A stretch of DNA of 47,894 nt from a virus. Lineage: Duplodnaviria; Caudoviricetes. A program made the translations under genes and the position numbers. The notes below the pieces were generated by a model that was not told the DNA's origin, did no database searches, and saw nothing but the letters and a program-made list of their open reading frames with translations. This document shows, piece after piece, positions 8,748-19,271 of the stretch (position 1 is the stretch's first letter; each line of letters starts with the position of its first letter). The stretch lies in IMG/VR virus record IMGVR_UViG_3300030330_001725, positions 1 to 47,894 of that record. One strand, given 5' to 3'.

Positions 8748-8969
8748 ATGAAAAAATACGTAATAATAAATACAAATAAACTTTCAAGTATTGATTACAG
8801 CTTAGTAGAGCAAGACTCTATAAATACTGTTAGAAAATCACTTGACAAATCATTATCTTTAATATCGTTTTTTGGTAACACACCTAGTTTTTTAGAAGGT
8901 GAAACACAGTACGATAAACAAGGTATAAAAGAAATATTAGAAAGTGCTGATTGGCATATAGAAGAATAA
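8748..8969 (+). CDS. Small hypothetical protein
   Basis: 73 aa ORF directly after the LamG gene. Confidence 0.7.
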   Translation: MKKYVIINTNKLSSIDYSLVEQDSINTVRKSLDKSLSLISFFGNTPSFLEGETQYDKQGIKEILESADWHIEE

Positions 8970-8994
8970 TAATAATTAAATTAAATTAAATAAA

Positions 8995-9252
8995 ATGGCA
9001 AAAACAAAAAAGGCTAGTAAGCCTACAAAAATTACTAACGAAGAATTAAATAAATTACAAGACACGGTAAATATAATAAACAAAGCTCAAATGCAAATAG
9101 GTATGTTGCAAAGTAATATACACCAATTACTACATCATATAGCTGGTAAAAATGATGAGTTAGCTTTGATGCAGTCTAACTTTAAAGAAAGTTATGGTAC
9201 TGATGATATTAATATTTCTGACGGAACAATAAAATATAATGAAAATAATTAG
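8995..9252 (+). CDS. Small coiled-coil hypothetical protein
   Basis: Heptad-like Q/L pattern; (TAAAT)n start context. Confidence 0.75.
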   Translation: MAKTKKASKPTKITNEELNKLQDTVNIINKAQMQIGMLQSNIHQLLHHIAGKNDELALMQSNFKESYGTDDINISDGTIKYNENN

Positions 9253-9457
9253 AAAAATTACTGTAGGTAAAGACTACAAGGAAAACGCTATGCACTATGC
9301 CGTAGGCCAAGATGTTTATGGTGGTCATACTATATGTAACATATTAGAAGAAGAAGACAAATATTCTATTTACATAAAGAAAAACAAAGACGTGTTACCT
9401 TGGAAGGACTTTAATAAAAACATGGCTGTATCAGTAGAATATAACTTAGAGTATTAA
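9239..9457 (+). CDS. Small hypothetical protein
   Basis: 72 aa; overlapping both neighbours (TAATG with next gene). Confidence 0.75.
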   Translation: MKIIRKITVGKDYKENAMHYAVGQDVYGGHTICNILEEEDKYSIYIKKNKDVLPWKDFNKNMAVSVEYNLEY

Positions 9458-10047
9458 TGAAAGCACCTTTTGACTTTGTTATAGAGCCAAAAGGTAGTAG
9501 ATACAACAATACTAAAAAAGTTGGTGATAAAAATTTAGTTTTAAATACAGAAATATTTAACCACCAATTTGTAAATAGAGAAGCTATTGTTAAATCTGTA
9601 CCTACGGCTTTTAAAACAGAAATAAAACCAGGAGATACTATTATAACACATCACAATGTATTTAGACGTTGGCATGATGTTAAAGGTAGAGAAAAAAATA
9701 GTAGAAGTTATTTTAATGAAAATACATACCTTGTAAAACTAGATCAAATATTTTTATATAAAAGATATTGGGAGTGGAAAGCACCTAAAGGATTTTGTTT
9801 TGTACAACCGATAAAACAAAGAGACAAAATGAAAGCTGAGCTAGAAGAACAATGTATAGGTATAGTTAAATATACAGATGGTGTTAATAAGATAGGTGAG
9901 CTTGTAGGTTTCACTCCTTTTTCAACTTACGAGTTTATAATTGACAACCAAAGACTATATAGAGTTTACAATAAATTTATTACAATTAAATATGAATATC
10001 AAGGAAACGAAGAAGCTTATAATCCAAGCTGGGCACAGAGCAGTTGA
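9457..10047 (+). CDS. Tandem GroES-like fold protein
   Basis: Two GroES-like patterns: FVIEP..AIVKSV..IKPGDTII and FVQPI..GIVKY..IGELVGF..YEFIIDNQRLYRV. Confidence 0.5.
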   Translation: MKAPFDFVIEPKGSRYNNTKKVGDKNLVLNTEIFNHQFVNREAIVKSVPTAFKTEIKPGDTIITHHNVFRRWHDVKGREKNSRSYFNENTYLVKLDQIFLYKRYWEWKAPKGFCFVQPIKQRDKMKAELEEQCIGIVKYTDGVNKIGELVGFTPFSTYEFIIDNQRLYRVYNKFITIKYEYQGNEEAYNPSWAQSS

Positions 10048-10267
10048 AGAATTAATTAACGTAGCAAAAGAAAAAATTATTACAAACACAGACGATGACG
10101 TTAGTGCTGATAGACTTAAAAACGCTGCCGCTACTAAAAAGCTAGCTATATTTGATGCTTTTGAAATTTTAAATCGCATACAAGAAGAAGAAAATTTATT
10201 AAACAATAAAACCATAGAAAAACAAGAAATTAGTTTTAAAGGTTTTGCAGAAGGTAGATCTAGGTAA
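9992..10267 (+). CDS. Putative terminase small subunit
   Basis: Helical 91 aa protein coupled (TAATG) to terL; ATG at 9992 preferred over track start 9941. Confidence 0.5.
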   Translation: MNIKETKKLIIQAGHRAVEELINVAKEKIITNTDDDVSADRLKNAAATKKLAIFDAFEILNRIQEEENLLNNKTIEKQEISFKGFAEGRSR

Positions 10268-12474
10268 TGTACGAGCAGAACTTGGTAAAGGTTATAGAAC
10301 CTATAAAGAAAACAACAATCACACGGATGAACCGTGGTAAAAAATGGAAATATGGATATAATAAAGAACATGATATTATCGTTATATCAAAAACTGGTAA
10401 AATTGGTGAGATACTTGAAATACAAAATTTGCGGGTGGCTTTGCCGTTGCTGCCATTGCGATTGCAACACAAAATAGGTAAGTGGCAAAAAATAGAATAT
10501 CCAAAAGAATTAAGCAAGTTAAAAAGTATATTTGACTGGAAAAATTATCCAGAAGAATTAAAGCCTCAATGGTACGACTATATAGACGAAGAGTTTAAAC
10601 GTAGAGATGAAGGCTTTTGGTTTTTAAATAATAACAAACCAACTTATATAACAGGTGCTCACTATATGTATTTACAATGGAGTAAAATAGATGTAGGTGC
10701 ACCAGATTTTAGAGAAGCAAACAGGTTGTTTTATATATTTTGGGAAGCTTGTAAAGCTGATAAAAGATGTTATGGTATGTGTTATCTTAAAAATCGTAGA
10801 TCTGGCTTTAGCTTTATGTCATCTGCAGAAACAGTTAATTTAGCAACACTCGCAAGTGATAGTAGATATGGAATATTATCTAAAACTGGTAATGATGCTA
10901 AAAAAATGTTTACAGACAAAGTTGTTCCAATATCGGTCAACTACCCTTTCTTTTTTAAACCAATACAAGACGGTATGGATAGGCCTAAGTCTGAACTTGC
11001 TTATCGTGTGCCTGCAAGTAAGTTTACACGTAAAAAAATTAATGCTAATGAAAAGCAGGAAGACTTGGTTGGACTTGATACTACTATTGATTGGAAAAAC
11101 ACAGGTGACAATAGCTATGATGGAGAAAAACTTAATTTATTAGTACACGATGAAAGTGGTAAGTGGGAAAGACCTGATAACATATTAAACAATTGGAGAG
11201 TTACAAAAACTTGTTTAAGATTAGGTAGTAGAATAGTTGGTAAGTGTATGATGGGTAGCACATCAAACGCTTTAGAAAAAGGAGGTGGTAATTTTAAAAA
11301 ATTATATAATGCATCAGACGTCACTAAAAGAAATCGTAATGGACAAACAAAGTCTGGTTTATATTCTCTCTTTATCCCGATGGAATGGAACTACGAAGGC
11401 TTTATTGATGAATACGGATATCCAGTATTTGATAATCCACATAATGACGTTTACGGACCAGACGGTGAATTAATAGATTATGGAATAATAGAGCATTGGC
11501 AAAATGAAGCTGAAGGTTTAAAAGATGATCAAGATGCTTTAAACGAGTTTTACAGACAGTTTCCACGTACAGAAGAACATGCGTTTAGAGACGAAACAAG
11601 AAACAGTATATTTAATTTAGTAAGAATATACGATCAAATAGATTATAACGAAGGCACAAGGCCTAATATTAGTAAGGGTAATTTTCAATGGGTTAATGGT
11701 ATAAAAGATACACAAGTAATATTTTACCCTGATAATAACGGTAGATTTAATATTAGCTGGACACCACCTTTACATTTGCAAAATAAAATAGTAACTAAAA
11801 ACGGTATTAAATATCCTGGTAACGAGCACATGGGTGCTTTTGGTTGTGATAGCTACGATATATCAGGCACTGTAGATGGTAGAGGTTCTAATGGCGCTTT
11901 ACACGGTTTAACTAAGTTTAGTATGGAAGATGCACCGCCTAATCAGTTTTTTTTAGAATATATAGCTAGACCACAAACAGCGGAAATATTTTTTGAAGAT
12001 GTTTTAATGTCATTAGTATTTTACGGTATGCCAATACTAGCAGAGAATAACAAACCTAGATTACTGTATTATTTAAGACGTAGAGGTTATAGAGGTTATT
12101 CTATGAATAGACCAGATAAGATTTGGAATAAATTGTCTACAGCAGAAAAAGAAATAGGTGGTATACCAAACTCTAGCGAAGATATAAAGCAAGCTCACGC
12201 GGCTGCTATTGAAATGTACATACAACAATATGTTGGAGATATTGGTGGAGGTAATTGGGGTAACATGTATTTTAATAAGACGTTAAATGATTGGGCTAAA
12301 TTTGATATAAATAAAAGAACAAAGTTTGACGCTAGTATCAGTAGTGGTTTAGCTATTATGGCTTGTAATAGAAATTTATATGCGCCTAATGCTAAAATTG
12401 AAAAGAAAAAATTAAGTTTAAATTTTGGAAGATACAGTAACAACGGAGCTTCGTCTAAATTAATTAAAAATTAA
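10267..12474 (+). CDS. terL: Terminase large subunit
   Basis: KNRRSGFS Walker A-like, LLVHDESGKW Walker B, MGSTSN motif III, FGCDSYD RNase H-like nuclease, ILAENN; directly upstream of portal. Confidence 0.92.
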   Translation: MYEQNLVKVIEPIKKTTITRMNRGKKWKYGYNKEHDIIVISKTGKIGEILEIQNLRVALPLLPLRLQHKIGKWQKIEYPKELSKLKSIFDWKNYPEELKPQWYDYIDEEFKRRDEGFWFLNNNKPTYITGAHYMYLQWSKIDVGAPDFREANRLFYIFWEACKADKRCYGMCYLKNRRSGFSFMSSAETVNLATLASDSRYGILSKTGNDAKKMFTDKVVPISVNYPFFFKPIQDGMDRPKSELAYRVPASKFTRKKINANEKQEDLVGLDTTIDWKNTGDNSYDGEKLNLLVHDESGKWERPDNILNNWRVTKTCLRLGSRIVGKCMMGSTSNALEKGGGNFKKLYNASDVTKRNRNGQTKSGLYSLFIPMEWNYEGFIDEYGYPVFDNPHNDVYGPDGELIDYGIIEHWQNEAEGLKDDQDALNEFYRQFPRTEEHAFRDETRNSIFNLVRIYDQIDYNEGTRPNISKGNFQWVNGIKDTQVIFYPDNNGRFNISWTPPLHLQNKIVTKNGIKYPGNEHMGAFGCDSYDISGTVDGRGSNGALHGLTKFSMEDAPPNQFFLEYIARPQTAEIFFEDVLMSLVFYGMPILAENNKPRLLYYLRRRGYRGYSMNRPDKIWNKLSTAEKEIGGIPNSSEDIKQAHAAAIEMYIQQYVGDIGGGNWGNMYFNKTLNDWAKFDINKRTKFDASISSGLAIMACNRNLYAPNAKIEKKKLSLNFGRYSNNGASSKLIKN

Positions 12475-12475
12475 A

Positions 12476-14896
12476 ATGATAAGAACAAGTGTAACAAATA
12501 ATTTCCCTAGTCAAGTTGTAAGCGACGCTGAAAAGTCTAGCTTTGAATATGGTATGAAAGTTGCTAAAGCTATAGAGCATGAGTGGTTTAATACTGATTA
12601 TGCTATGAGTAGATATTTAACTAATATGAATAACTTTCATAGATTAAGACTTTACGCTAGAGGAGAACAATCAATACAAAAGTATAAAGACGAGTTATCT
12701 ATAAATGGTGATTTGTCTTATTTAAATTTAGACTGGAGACCAGTACCTATAATACCAAAGTTTGTTGATATTGTAGTTAACGGTATAGCAGATAGAGTTT
12801 ATGATGTAAAGGCTTTTTCACAAGATCCTTTTGGTGTAGATAAAAGAACTCAATATATGCAGTCTATTTTAAACGACATGCGAGCTAAAGAAGTCAACGA
12901 TTTTGCACAAGATAAGTTTGGTATGTCTTTGAGAGAAAGTAGTGTTGAAGAACTTCCTGGTTCTGAAGAAGAATTAGCTTTACACATGCAGCTTACTTAT
13001 AAACAAGCTGTAGAGCTAGCAGAAGAACAAGCTATAAACGTTTTATTAGAAGGTAACAACTTTGATTTAATTAAAAGAAGATTCTATTACGATTTAACAG
13101 TTTGCGGTATAGGTGCCGTTAAAACAAATTTTAATGAATCTGAAGGAGTTAAAATAGAGTATGTTGATCCAGCTAATTTAGTTTATTCTTATAGTGACTC
13201 ACCTTATTTTGAAGACTTGTATTATGTAGGTGAAGTTAAATATATATCTATAAATGAACTTATAAAAGAGTTTCCACATCTAACTATGGAAGAGTTAAAA
13301 GAATTAACTGAGAAAAGTTATTCTGTTAATAGAGGTAATTACAATAAACCATATTCTACTAGAGAGCAAAAAGATAAAAACAAAGTACAGATACTTTATT
13401 TTAATTATAAAACTTTTAATACAGAAGTTTATAAAATAAAAAATACTAATACTGGTGGTTTAAGAGTTATAGAAAAAGATGACACGTTTACAGCTGAAAG
13501 CACAGAGTACTTTACTGTTGAGTCTAGAAAAATAGAAGTACTTTATGAAGGAGCTATAATACTAGGTAGCGATAGACTATTGAAGTGGAACATGTGTAAA
13601 AATATGATGAGACCTAAAAGTGATCATACTAAAGTAAAAATGAATTATGCTATGTGTGCGCCTAGGATGTACAACGGTAAAATTGAAAGTTTAGTTAGTA
13701 GAATAACTGGTTTTGCTGATATGATACAACTAACACATTTAAAGCTACAGCAAGTAATGTCGCGTATAGTTCCAGACGGTATTTATTTAGATGCTGATGG
13801 TTTAGCTGAAATAGATTTAGGAAATGGTACTAACTATAATCCACAAGAAGCTTTAAATATGTTTTTCCAAACTGGTTCTGTAATAGGTAGAAGTTTTACG
13901 TCTGATGGTGATATGAATCCTGGTAAAGTGCCTATACAAGAAATACAGTCTGGTAACGGAGGTGCTAAAATGCAAAGTTTAATTGGTACGTATAACTATT
14001 ATTTACAAATGATTAGAGATACTACTGGTTTAAATGAAGCTAGAGATGCTAGTGTTCCAGATCCAAAAGCTTTAGTAGGTGTACAGAAAATGGCAGCAGC
14101 AAATAGTAATACAGCTACAAGACACATATTGCAAGGAGGTTTATTTTTAACAGCAGAAATTTGTGGTAACTTGTCTATGAGAATATCAGACATATTAGAA
14201 TACTCACCTACAAGAGACGCGTTTATACAAAAAATAGGTAGACATAACGTTGGTACTTTAGATGACGTTAAAGAGTTACATTTGTATGATTTTGGTATAT
14301 TCTTAGAACTTTCACCAGATGAAGAAGAAAAGGCTATGTTAGAAAATAATATACAAATAGCTCTTTCACAACAGACTATAGATTTAGAAGATGCTATAGA
14401 TCTTAGAAATATTAAAAGTTTAAAACTAGCTAATCAACTTTTAAAAGTTAGAAGAAAAAAGAAAATGCAAAACGATCAGCTGCGAGCACAACAAAATATG
14501 CAGGCTCAAGCTCAAGCTAACGCACAGCAACAAGCTGCAGCCGCTCAAGCAGAAGTACAAAAACAACAGGCATTAACTCAAACAAACATACAATTAGAAC
14601 AAGCTAAGTCTAATTTAAAAAGAGAGTCTATGATGCATGAAGCTGAAATTAAAAAACAGTTAATGGATCATGAGTTTAATATCAACATGAGATTAAGACA
14701 AATGGAAGTTGAAGCTATTAAAGGTAGAGAAAAAGAAAAAGAAGATCGTAAAGATAAAAGAACTAAAATACAAGCGTCACAACAAAGTGAGCTTATAGAT
14801 CAAAGAAAAAATGAAAAACCACCTAAAAACTTTGAATCATCAGGTAATGATATATTAGGAGGTGGTATGGGTTTAGAAGCATTTAATCCTAGATAA
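12476..14896 (+). CDS. Portal protein
   Basis: 806 aa after terL; PIIPKFVDIVVNG, TGLNEARD, long Q/A-rich C-terminal helical barrel. Confidence 0.85.
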   Translation: MIRTSVTNNFPSQVVSDAEKSSFEYGMKVAKAIEHEWFNTDYAMSRYLTNMNNFHRLRLYARGEQSIQKYKDELSINGDLSYLNLDWRPVPIIPKFVDIVVNGIADRVYDVKAFSQDPFGVDKRTQYMQSILNDMRAKEVNDFAQDKFGMSLRESSVEELPGSEEELALHMQLTYKQAVELAEEQAINVLLEGNNFDLIKRRFYYDLTVCGIGAVKTNFNESEGVKIEYVDPANLVYSYSDSPYFEDLYYVGEVKYISINELIKEFPHLTMEELKELTEKSYSVNRGNYNKPYSTREQKDKNKVQILYFNYKTFNTEVYKIKNTNTGGLRVIEKDDTFTAESTEYFTVESRKIEVLYEGAIILGSDRLLKWNMCKNMMRPKSDHTKVKMNYAMCAPRMYNGKIESLVSRITGFADMIQLTHLKLQQVMSRIVPDGIYLDADGLAEIDLGNGTNYNPQEALNMFFQTGSVIGRSFTSDGDMNPGKVPIQEIQSGNGGAKMQSLIGTYNYYLQMIRDTTGLNEARDASVPDPKALVGVQKMAAANSNTATRHILQGGLFLTAEICGNLSMRISDILEYSPTRDAFIQKIGRHNVGTLDDVKELHLYDFGIFLELSPDEEEKAMLENNIQIALSQQTIDLEDAIDLRNIKSLKLANQLLKVRRKKKMQNDQLRAQQNMQAQAQANAQQQAAAAQAEVQKQQALTQTNIQLEQAKSNLKRESMMHEAEIKKQLMDHEFNINMRLRQMEVEAIKGREKEKEDRKDKRTKIQASQQSELIDQRKNEKPPKNFESSGNDILGGGMGLEAFNPR

Positions 14897-14924
14897 CAAT
14901 TAATTAATTATATAATATTTTATT

Positions 14925-16133
14925 ATGGCTAAAAAAAATGAAACAACAGAACCTACTGTTGAGCAACCAAAAGTTGACAACGAAGTAGAAAAAATTAAAG
15001 TAAAAAAGAAATTAAAAAAAATCAAACCACAAGAAGATACTGTAAAAGTAGACTTAAAAAAATTAGTTGAAGAAGCAGAGAACGTTGTAAAGGTAGATTT
15101 AAACAAACCAGTTGAAGATATCAAAGCTCCAGATACAGAAGTTAAAGAAGAAGTACAAAAAGTTGAAGAGCCTAAAGCTGAAACTGAAGAAGCACCAGTA
15201 ATAGAGTTAGAAGAAATAAAAGAAGAACCTAAAGAAGAGGTTAAAGCAGAAGAACCAATTAAAGTTGAAGAGCCTATAGTAGCGCCTGAAAAACCTACTA
15301 TAGATTTACCAGAAAACGTTAACAAGCTTTTAGACTTTATGAAAGATACTGGTGGAGATATAAATGATTACGTAAGATTAAATATGGATTATTCTGAATT
15401 AGATAACCATACGTTACTTAGAGAATATTATAAAACAACTAAACCACATCTAGACTCAGAAGAAGTAGATTTTTTAATGGAAGATACTTTTTCTTTTGAC
15501 GAAGAGGTAGATGATGAAAAAGATATTAGAAGAAAAAAACTAGCGCTAAAAGAGCAAGTTGCTAACGCTAGAAACCACTTAGACGGGTTAAAGTCTAAAT
15601 ACTATGAAGATATCAAGGCTGGAAGTAAACTAACAAGTGAACAACAGAAAGCTATTGACTTCTTCAACAGATATAACAAAGAGTCTGAAGCTGAACAAAA
15701 AGCATTACAAAGATCTAGATCTGCATTTCAACAAAAGACAGACAGTGTTTTTAACGACGAGTTCAAAGGTTTTGAATATAACGTCGGTGATAAAAGATTT
15801 AGGTTTAATGTTAAAGATGTAAACAAAGTAAAGGAATCACAAAGTGACATTAACAATTTTGTCAAGAAGTTCTTGAATAATGAAAACTTAATGGAAGATG
15901 GGGCTGGTTACCATAAGTCTATGTTTACAGCTATGAACGCTGATGCTGTTGCTAAGCATTTTTATGAACAAGGTAAAGCTGATGCTTTAAAAGAAAGTAT
16001 AGCTAAATCTAAAAATGTTAACATGGACCCTAGACAGTCTCACTCAGGTGAAATACAAGCTGGGGGAATAAAAGTAAGAGTGCTTGGAGAAGATGCTAAT
16101 GACTTTAAGTTTAAAATTAAAAGAAAACAATAA
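14925..16133 (+). CDS. Capsid scaffolding protein
   Basis: E/K/P-rich disordered N-half and helical C-half; located between portal and MCP. Confidence 0.7.
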   Translation: MAKKNETTEPTVEQPKVDNEVEKIKVKKKLKKIKPQEDTVKVDLKKLVEEAENVVKVDLNKPVEDIKAPDTEVKEEVQKVEEPKAETEEAPVIELEEIKEEPKEEVKAEEPIKVEEPIVAPEKPTIDLPENVNKLLDFMKDTGGDINDYVRLNMDYSELDNHTLLREYYKTTKPHLDSEEVDFLMEDTFSFDEEVDDEKDIRRKKLALKEQVANARNHLDGLKSKYYEDIKAGSKLTSEQQKAIDFFNRYNKESEAEQKALQRSRSAFQQKTDSVFNDEFKGFEYNVGDKRFRFNVKDVNKVKESQSDINNFVKKFLNNENLMEDGAGYHKSMFTAMNADAVAKHFYEQGKADALKESIAKSKNVNMDPRQSHSGEIQAGGIKVRVLGEDANDFKFKIKRKQ

Positions 16134-16154
16134 CTAAATTAAAAATTAAAAATT

Positions 16155-17618
16155 ATGGCAATTACTGCAGGAGATAATTTGAATAGTGTACCAGCACCAA
16201 AGAAAGCTTCACTATCATCAAATTATATCGATTTTACAGCGTCCGGTACACAAGGATGGGCGCAACAATACCTGCCTGACTTAATGGAAAAAGAAGCTGA
16301 GGTTTTTGGAAACAGAACTATCTCAGGATTTTTATCTCAAGTTGGAGCAGAAGAGTCTATGACTGCTGATCAAGTTATTTGGTCTGAGCAAGGTAGATTA
16401 CATTTATCATACACAGGTACTGTTAACACTGGTACTTCTGTATTTACTGTTTTATTAGATATCGATGGTGACAATGGTATTACTTCTGGTAACCACGGTA
16501 TAAGATTAAACGATCAAGTAGTGATAGCAACTTCTGAAGGGGCTATCAAGTGTTTTGTAACAGCTATTTCAACTGACGATGTTACTTGTAAGCCTTACGA
16601 GTTTGCAAATATTGACGACAGTCCAATATTCGCTACAGGATCATCTGTGGCTGCAACTTTATTAGTTTATGGTTCTGAGTACGCTAAAGGAACTGATGGT
16701 CAAGGTGGCCACGCTTCTGGAGCTAAAAATGTAGAGCCTGTATTTAAGTCTTTTACTAATAAGCCAATTATTATGAAAGATTACTATGAAATTTCTGGAT
16801 CTGATGCGTCTGCAATAGGTTGGGTTGAAATTTCTGGTGAAGACGGACAATCAGGTTACTTATGGTACTTAAAAGCTGAAGGTGATACTAGACAAAGATT
16901 TACAGACTACTTAGAAATGACTATGATGGAAGCTGTAAAAGGTGTTTCTGGTAACTCTACTATAGACGGTACTGATAGTATAGGAACTGAGTTTGGTACT
17001 CAAGGTTTATTTGACGCTATTGAAGATAGAGGTAACGTAACTACTGGTGTAACTGGTGTTAACGCTGCTACTGACTTAGCTGAGTTCGATGCTATTTTAG
17101 CAGAGTTTGACAATCAAGGAGCTATTGAAGAAAACATGTTATTCATAAACAGAGCTACTTCACTTGCTTTTGACGATATGTTAGCTTCAATGAACTCTTA
17201 CGGAGCTGGAGGTACTTCTTACGGAGTATTCGACAACGAAGAAGATATGGCGTTAAACTTAGGTTTCTCAGGATTTAGAAGAGGTTCTTATGACTTCTAC
17301 AAGTCTGACTTTAAATACTTAAATGACAAAGCTACTAGAGGAAGTATAAACAGTAGAAATACTACTTCACCTGTTAGAGGTGTCATCATACCAGCTGGTG
17401 TATCATCTGTGTATGACCAAACTTTAGGTAAAAACTTGAAGAGACCATTTTTACATGTTAGATTTAGAGCTTCACAAACTGATGACCGAAGAATGAAGAC
17501 TTGGGTTACTGGTTCTGTTGGTGCTGTTACATCTGACTTAGATGCAATGCAAGTTCACTACTTATCAGAAAGATGTTTAGTTACTCAAGGTGCTAACAAC
17601 TTTATGATGATGAAGTAA
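16155..17618 (+). CDS. Major capsid protein
   Basis: 487 aa after scaffold; QQYLPDL, WSEQGRLH, GFSGFRRGSYDF, LSERCL; followed by a strong terminator. Confidence 0.85.
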   Translation: MAITAGDNLNSVPAPKKASLSSNYIDFTASGTQGWAQQYLPDLMEKEAEVFGNRTISGFLSQVGAEESMTADQVIWSEQGRLHLSYTGTVNTGTSVFTVLLDIDGDNGITSGNHGIRLNDQVVIATSEGAIKCFVTAISTDDVTCKPYEFANIDDSPIFATGSSVAATLLVYGSEYAKGTDGQGGHASGAKNVEPVFKSFTNKPIIMKDYYEISGSDASAIGWVEISGEDGQSGYLWYLKAEGDTRQRFTDYLEMTMMEAVKGVSGNSTIDGTDSIGTEFGTQGLFDAIEDRGNVTTGVTGVNAATDLAEFDAILAEFDNQGAIEENMLFINRATSLAFDDMLASMNSYGAGGTSYGVFDNEEDMALNLGFSGFRRGSYDFYKSDFKYLNDKATRGSINSRNTTSPVRGVIIPAGVSSVYDQTLGKNLKRPFLHVRFRASQTDDRRMKTWVTGSVGAVTSDLDAMQVHYLSERCLVTQGANNFMMMK

Positions 17619-17630
17619 ATCACTTTAAAA

Positions 17631-17660
17631 GACCGGGGCTTCGGCCTCGGCCTTTTATTT
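17631..17660 (+). terminator. Rho-independent terminator after MCP
   Basis: ccggggc-TTCG-gcctcgg stem with C(UUCG)G loop followed by cc-ttttattt. Confidence 0.85.
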
Positions 17661-17685
17661 TATTAATTTTATTATATATTATATT

Positions 17686-18492
17686 ATGGCAAAAAAGAAA
17701 AAACAAACTAAAAAGGTGGAGGCACCTGTTGTTGAAGCACCAGTTGTTGAAACACCAAAACCTAAAAAAGATACTTGGGAAATAAAAGATAGAAATTATT
17801 TTTTAATAGGAGACAAAGAGCCTTTGTCTTACCAAGTAAGATCGTCTAACATTTATTGGTTCGACGAAGAAAAAGGTTATGAAAGAGAACTAAAGTATAC
17901 TTCTAACCAAAGAACACCATTTGTTGATGAGATGACAGGTGAACACAGATTAGAGCACATTGTATTTAGAAGTGGTACACTGTACGTTCCTAGAGAAAAA
18001 ACTGTTTTACAAAAACTATTATCTTTGTATCATCCACACAGAGATAAAATATTTAAAGAGCACAAACCTGTAAAAGTAGCCGAGTCACAGTTAGATTGGT
18101 TAGAGTTTGAAGTTGCAGCAATGAACGCGGCTAATAACTTAGATATTGATATGGCTGAAGCTGTTATGCGTGTAGAATTAGGTTCTAAGGTATCAGAGAT
18201 GAGTTCTAAAGAACTTAAACGTGATTTATTACTATTTGCTAAGAAAAAACCTAAATTATTCTTAGAGTTAGTTACTGATGAAAACGTTCAACTTAGAAAC
18301 TTTGGTATCAGAGCTACAGAAAACAATATAATAAGTCTATCACAAGATCAAAGAACATTTACTTGGACTTCTACTGGTAGAAAATTATTTACAGTTCCTT
18401 TTGATGAGCATCCATATTCAGCATTAGCTGCTTGGTTTAGAACTGACGAAGGTATGGAAATATATAACAATATAGAAAAAAGATTAAAATAA
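17686..18492 (+). CDS. Conserved-position hypothetical protein after MCP
   Basis: 268 aa; APVVE repeats at N-terminus; head-module position. Confidence 0.7.
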   Translation: MAKKKKQTKKVEAPVVEAPVVETPKPKKDTWEIKDRNYFLIGDKEPLSYQVRSSNIYWFDEEKGYERELKYTSNQRTPFVDEMTGEHRLEHIVFRSGTLYVPREKTVLQKLLSLYHPHRDKIFKEHKPVKVAESQLDWLEFEVAAMNAANNLDIDMAEAVMRVELGSKVSEMSSKELKRDLLLFAKKKPKLFLELVTDENVQLRNFGIRATENNIISLSQDQRTFTWTSTGRKLFTVPFDEHPYSALAAWFRTDEGMEIYNNIEKRLK

Positions 18493-18498
18493 TCAAAC

Positions 18499-18535
18499 TG
18501 TAGAGCGGTCGCCCTACGGGGCGATCGTAACTACA
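18499..18535 (+). other. Stable RNA hairpin (UACG tetraloop) without U-tract
   Basis: tgtag-a-gcggtcgccc-TACG-gggcgatcgt-aa-ctaca, followed by an A-run. Confidence 0.7.
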
Positions 18536-18548
18536 ATAAAAAAATATT

Positions 18549-19268
18549 ATGGCGATAAGTATAGATACAGTACATCAAAGAGTTTTGGCTTTAGCCAACA
18601 AAGAACAAAGAGGTTATATAACTCCTCAAGAATTTAACTTATTTGCTAATCAAGCACAAAGAGAAATATTTGAACAATATTTTTATGAATTAAATAAATT
18701 TGCTAGATTACCACAAAACAGCTACGAGTATTCTAATGTACCAGACATATTAAAAGAAAAAATAGCTGTGTTTGAAAAGTTCCATATAGACATGTCTGCG
18801 GTATCAGGTTCTACTTGTACGCTACCTACAGATGTTTATAGATTAGGAACAGTTTTTTACAATAACGGCACTAATAGCTTAATAGTAGAAAAAGTAGAGA
18901 AAAAAGAATTACAAAGAATGAATCAAGCTGCTTTGTACAAACCTAGACAAGCTAGACCTTTATACGTAAGAAAAAACGCTACGCAGATAGTGATATATCC
19001 TGAATCTGCATCCCCATCATTTTCCACATCAACAGTAAACTGTCATTACATAGCTAAGCCATCTACGGCTAAGTGGGGCTCTGTAATTGTAAATGAAAAA
19101 GCTTTATACAACTCAACTACTAGTGTAAACTTTGAATTACACGAGAGCGAAGAAACTAGTCTAGTAATAAAAATATTAGAATTAGCAGGTGTAACTATAA
19201 AACAACAAGATATAACTACGTTTGCTACTAACAAAGACATTGTAACAGAAACTAAAGAAAAACAATAA
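18549..19268 (+). CDS. Head-tail adaptor / tail ring protein
   Basis: NKEQRGYITPQEFNLFANQAQ, LPTDVYRL, FELHESEE..LV..IL..AG; position after head genes. Confidence 0.65.
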   Translation: MAISIDTVHQRVLALANKEQRGYITPQEFNLFANQAQREIFEQYFYELNKFARLPQNSYEYSNVPDILKEKIAVFEKFHIDMSAVSGSTCTLPTDVYRLGTVFYNNGTNSLIVEKVEKKELQRMNQAALYKPRQARPLYVRKNATQIVIYPESASPSFSTSTVNCHYIAKPSTAKWGSVIVNEKALYNSTTSVNFELHESEETSLVIKILELAGVTIKQQDITTFATNKDIVTETKEKQ

Positions 19269-19271
19269 AGT

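Noticed and set aside
9941-9991. Track start of putative terS
   Set aside because: TTG start deep inside the upstream gene; ATG at 9992 with A-rich context is more plausible
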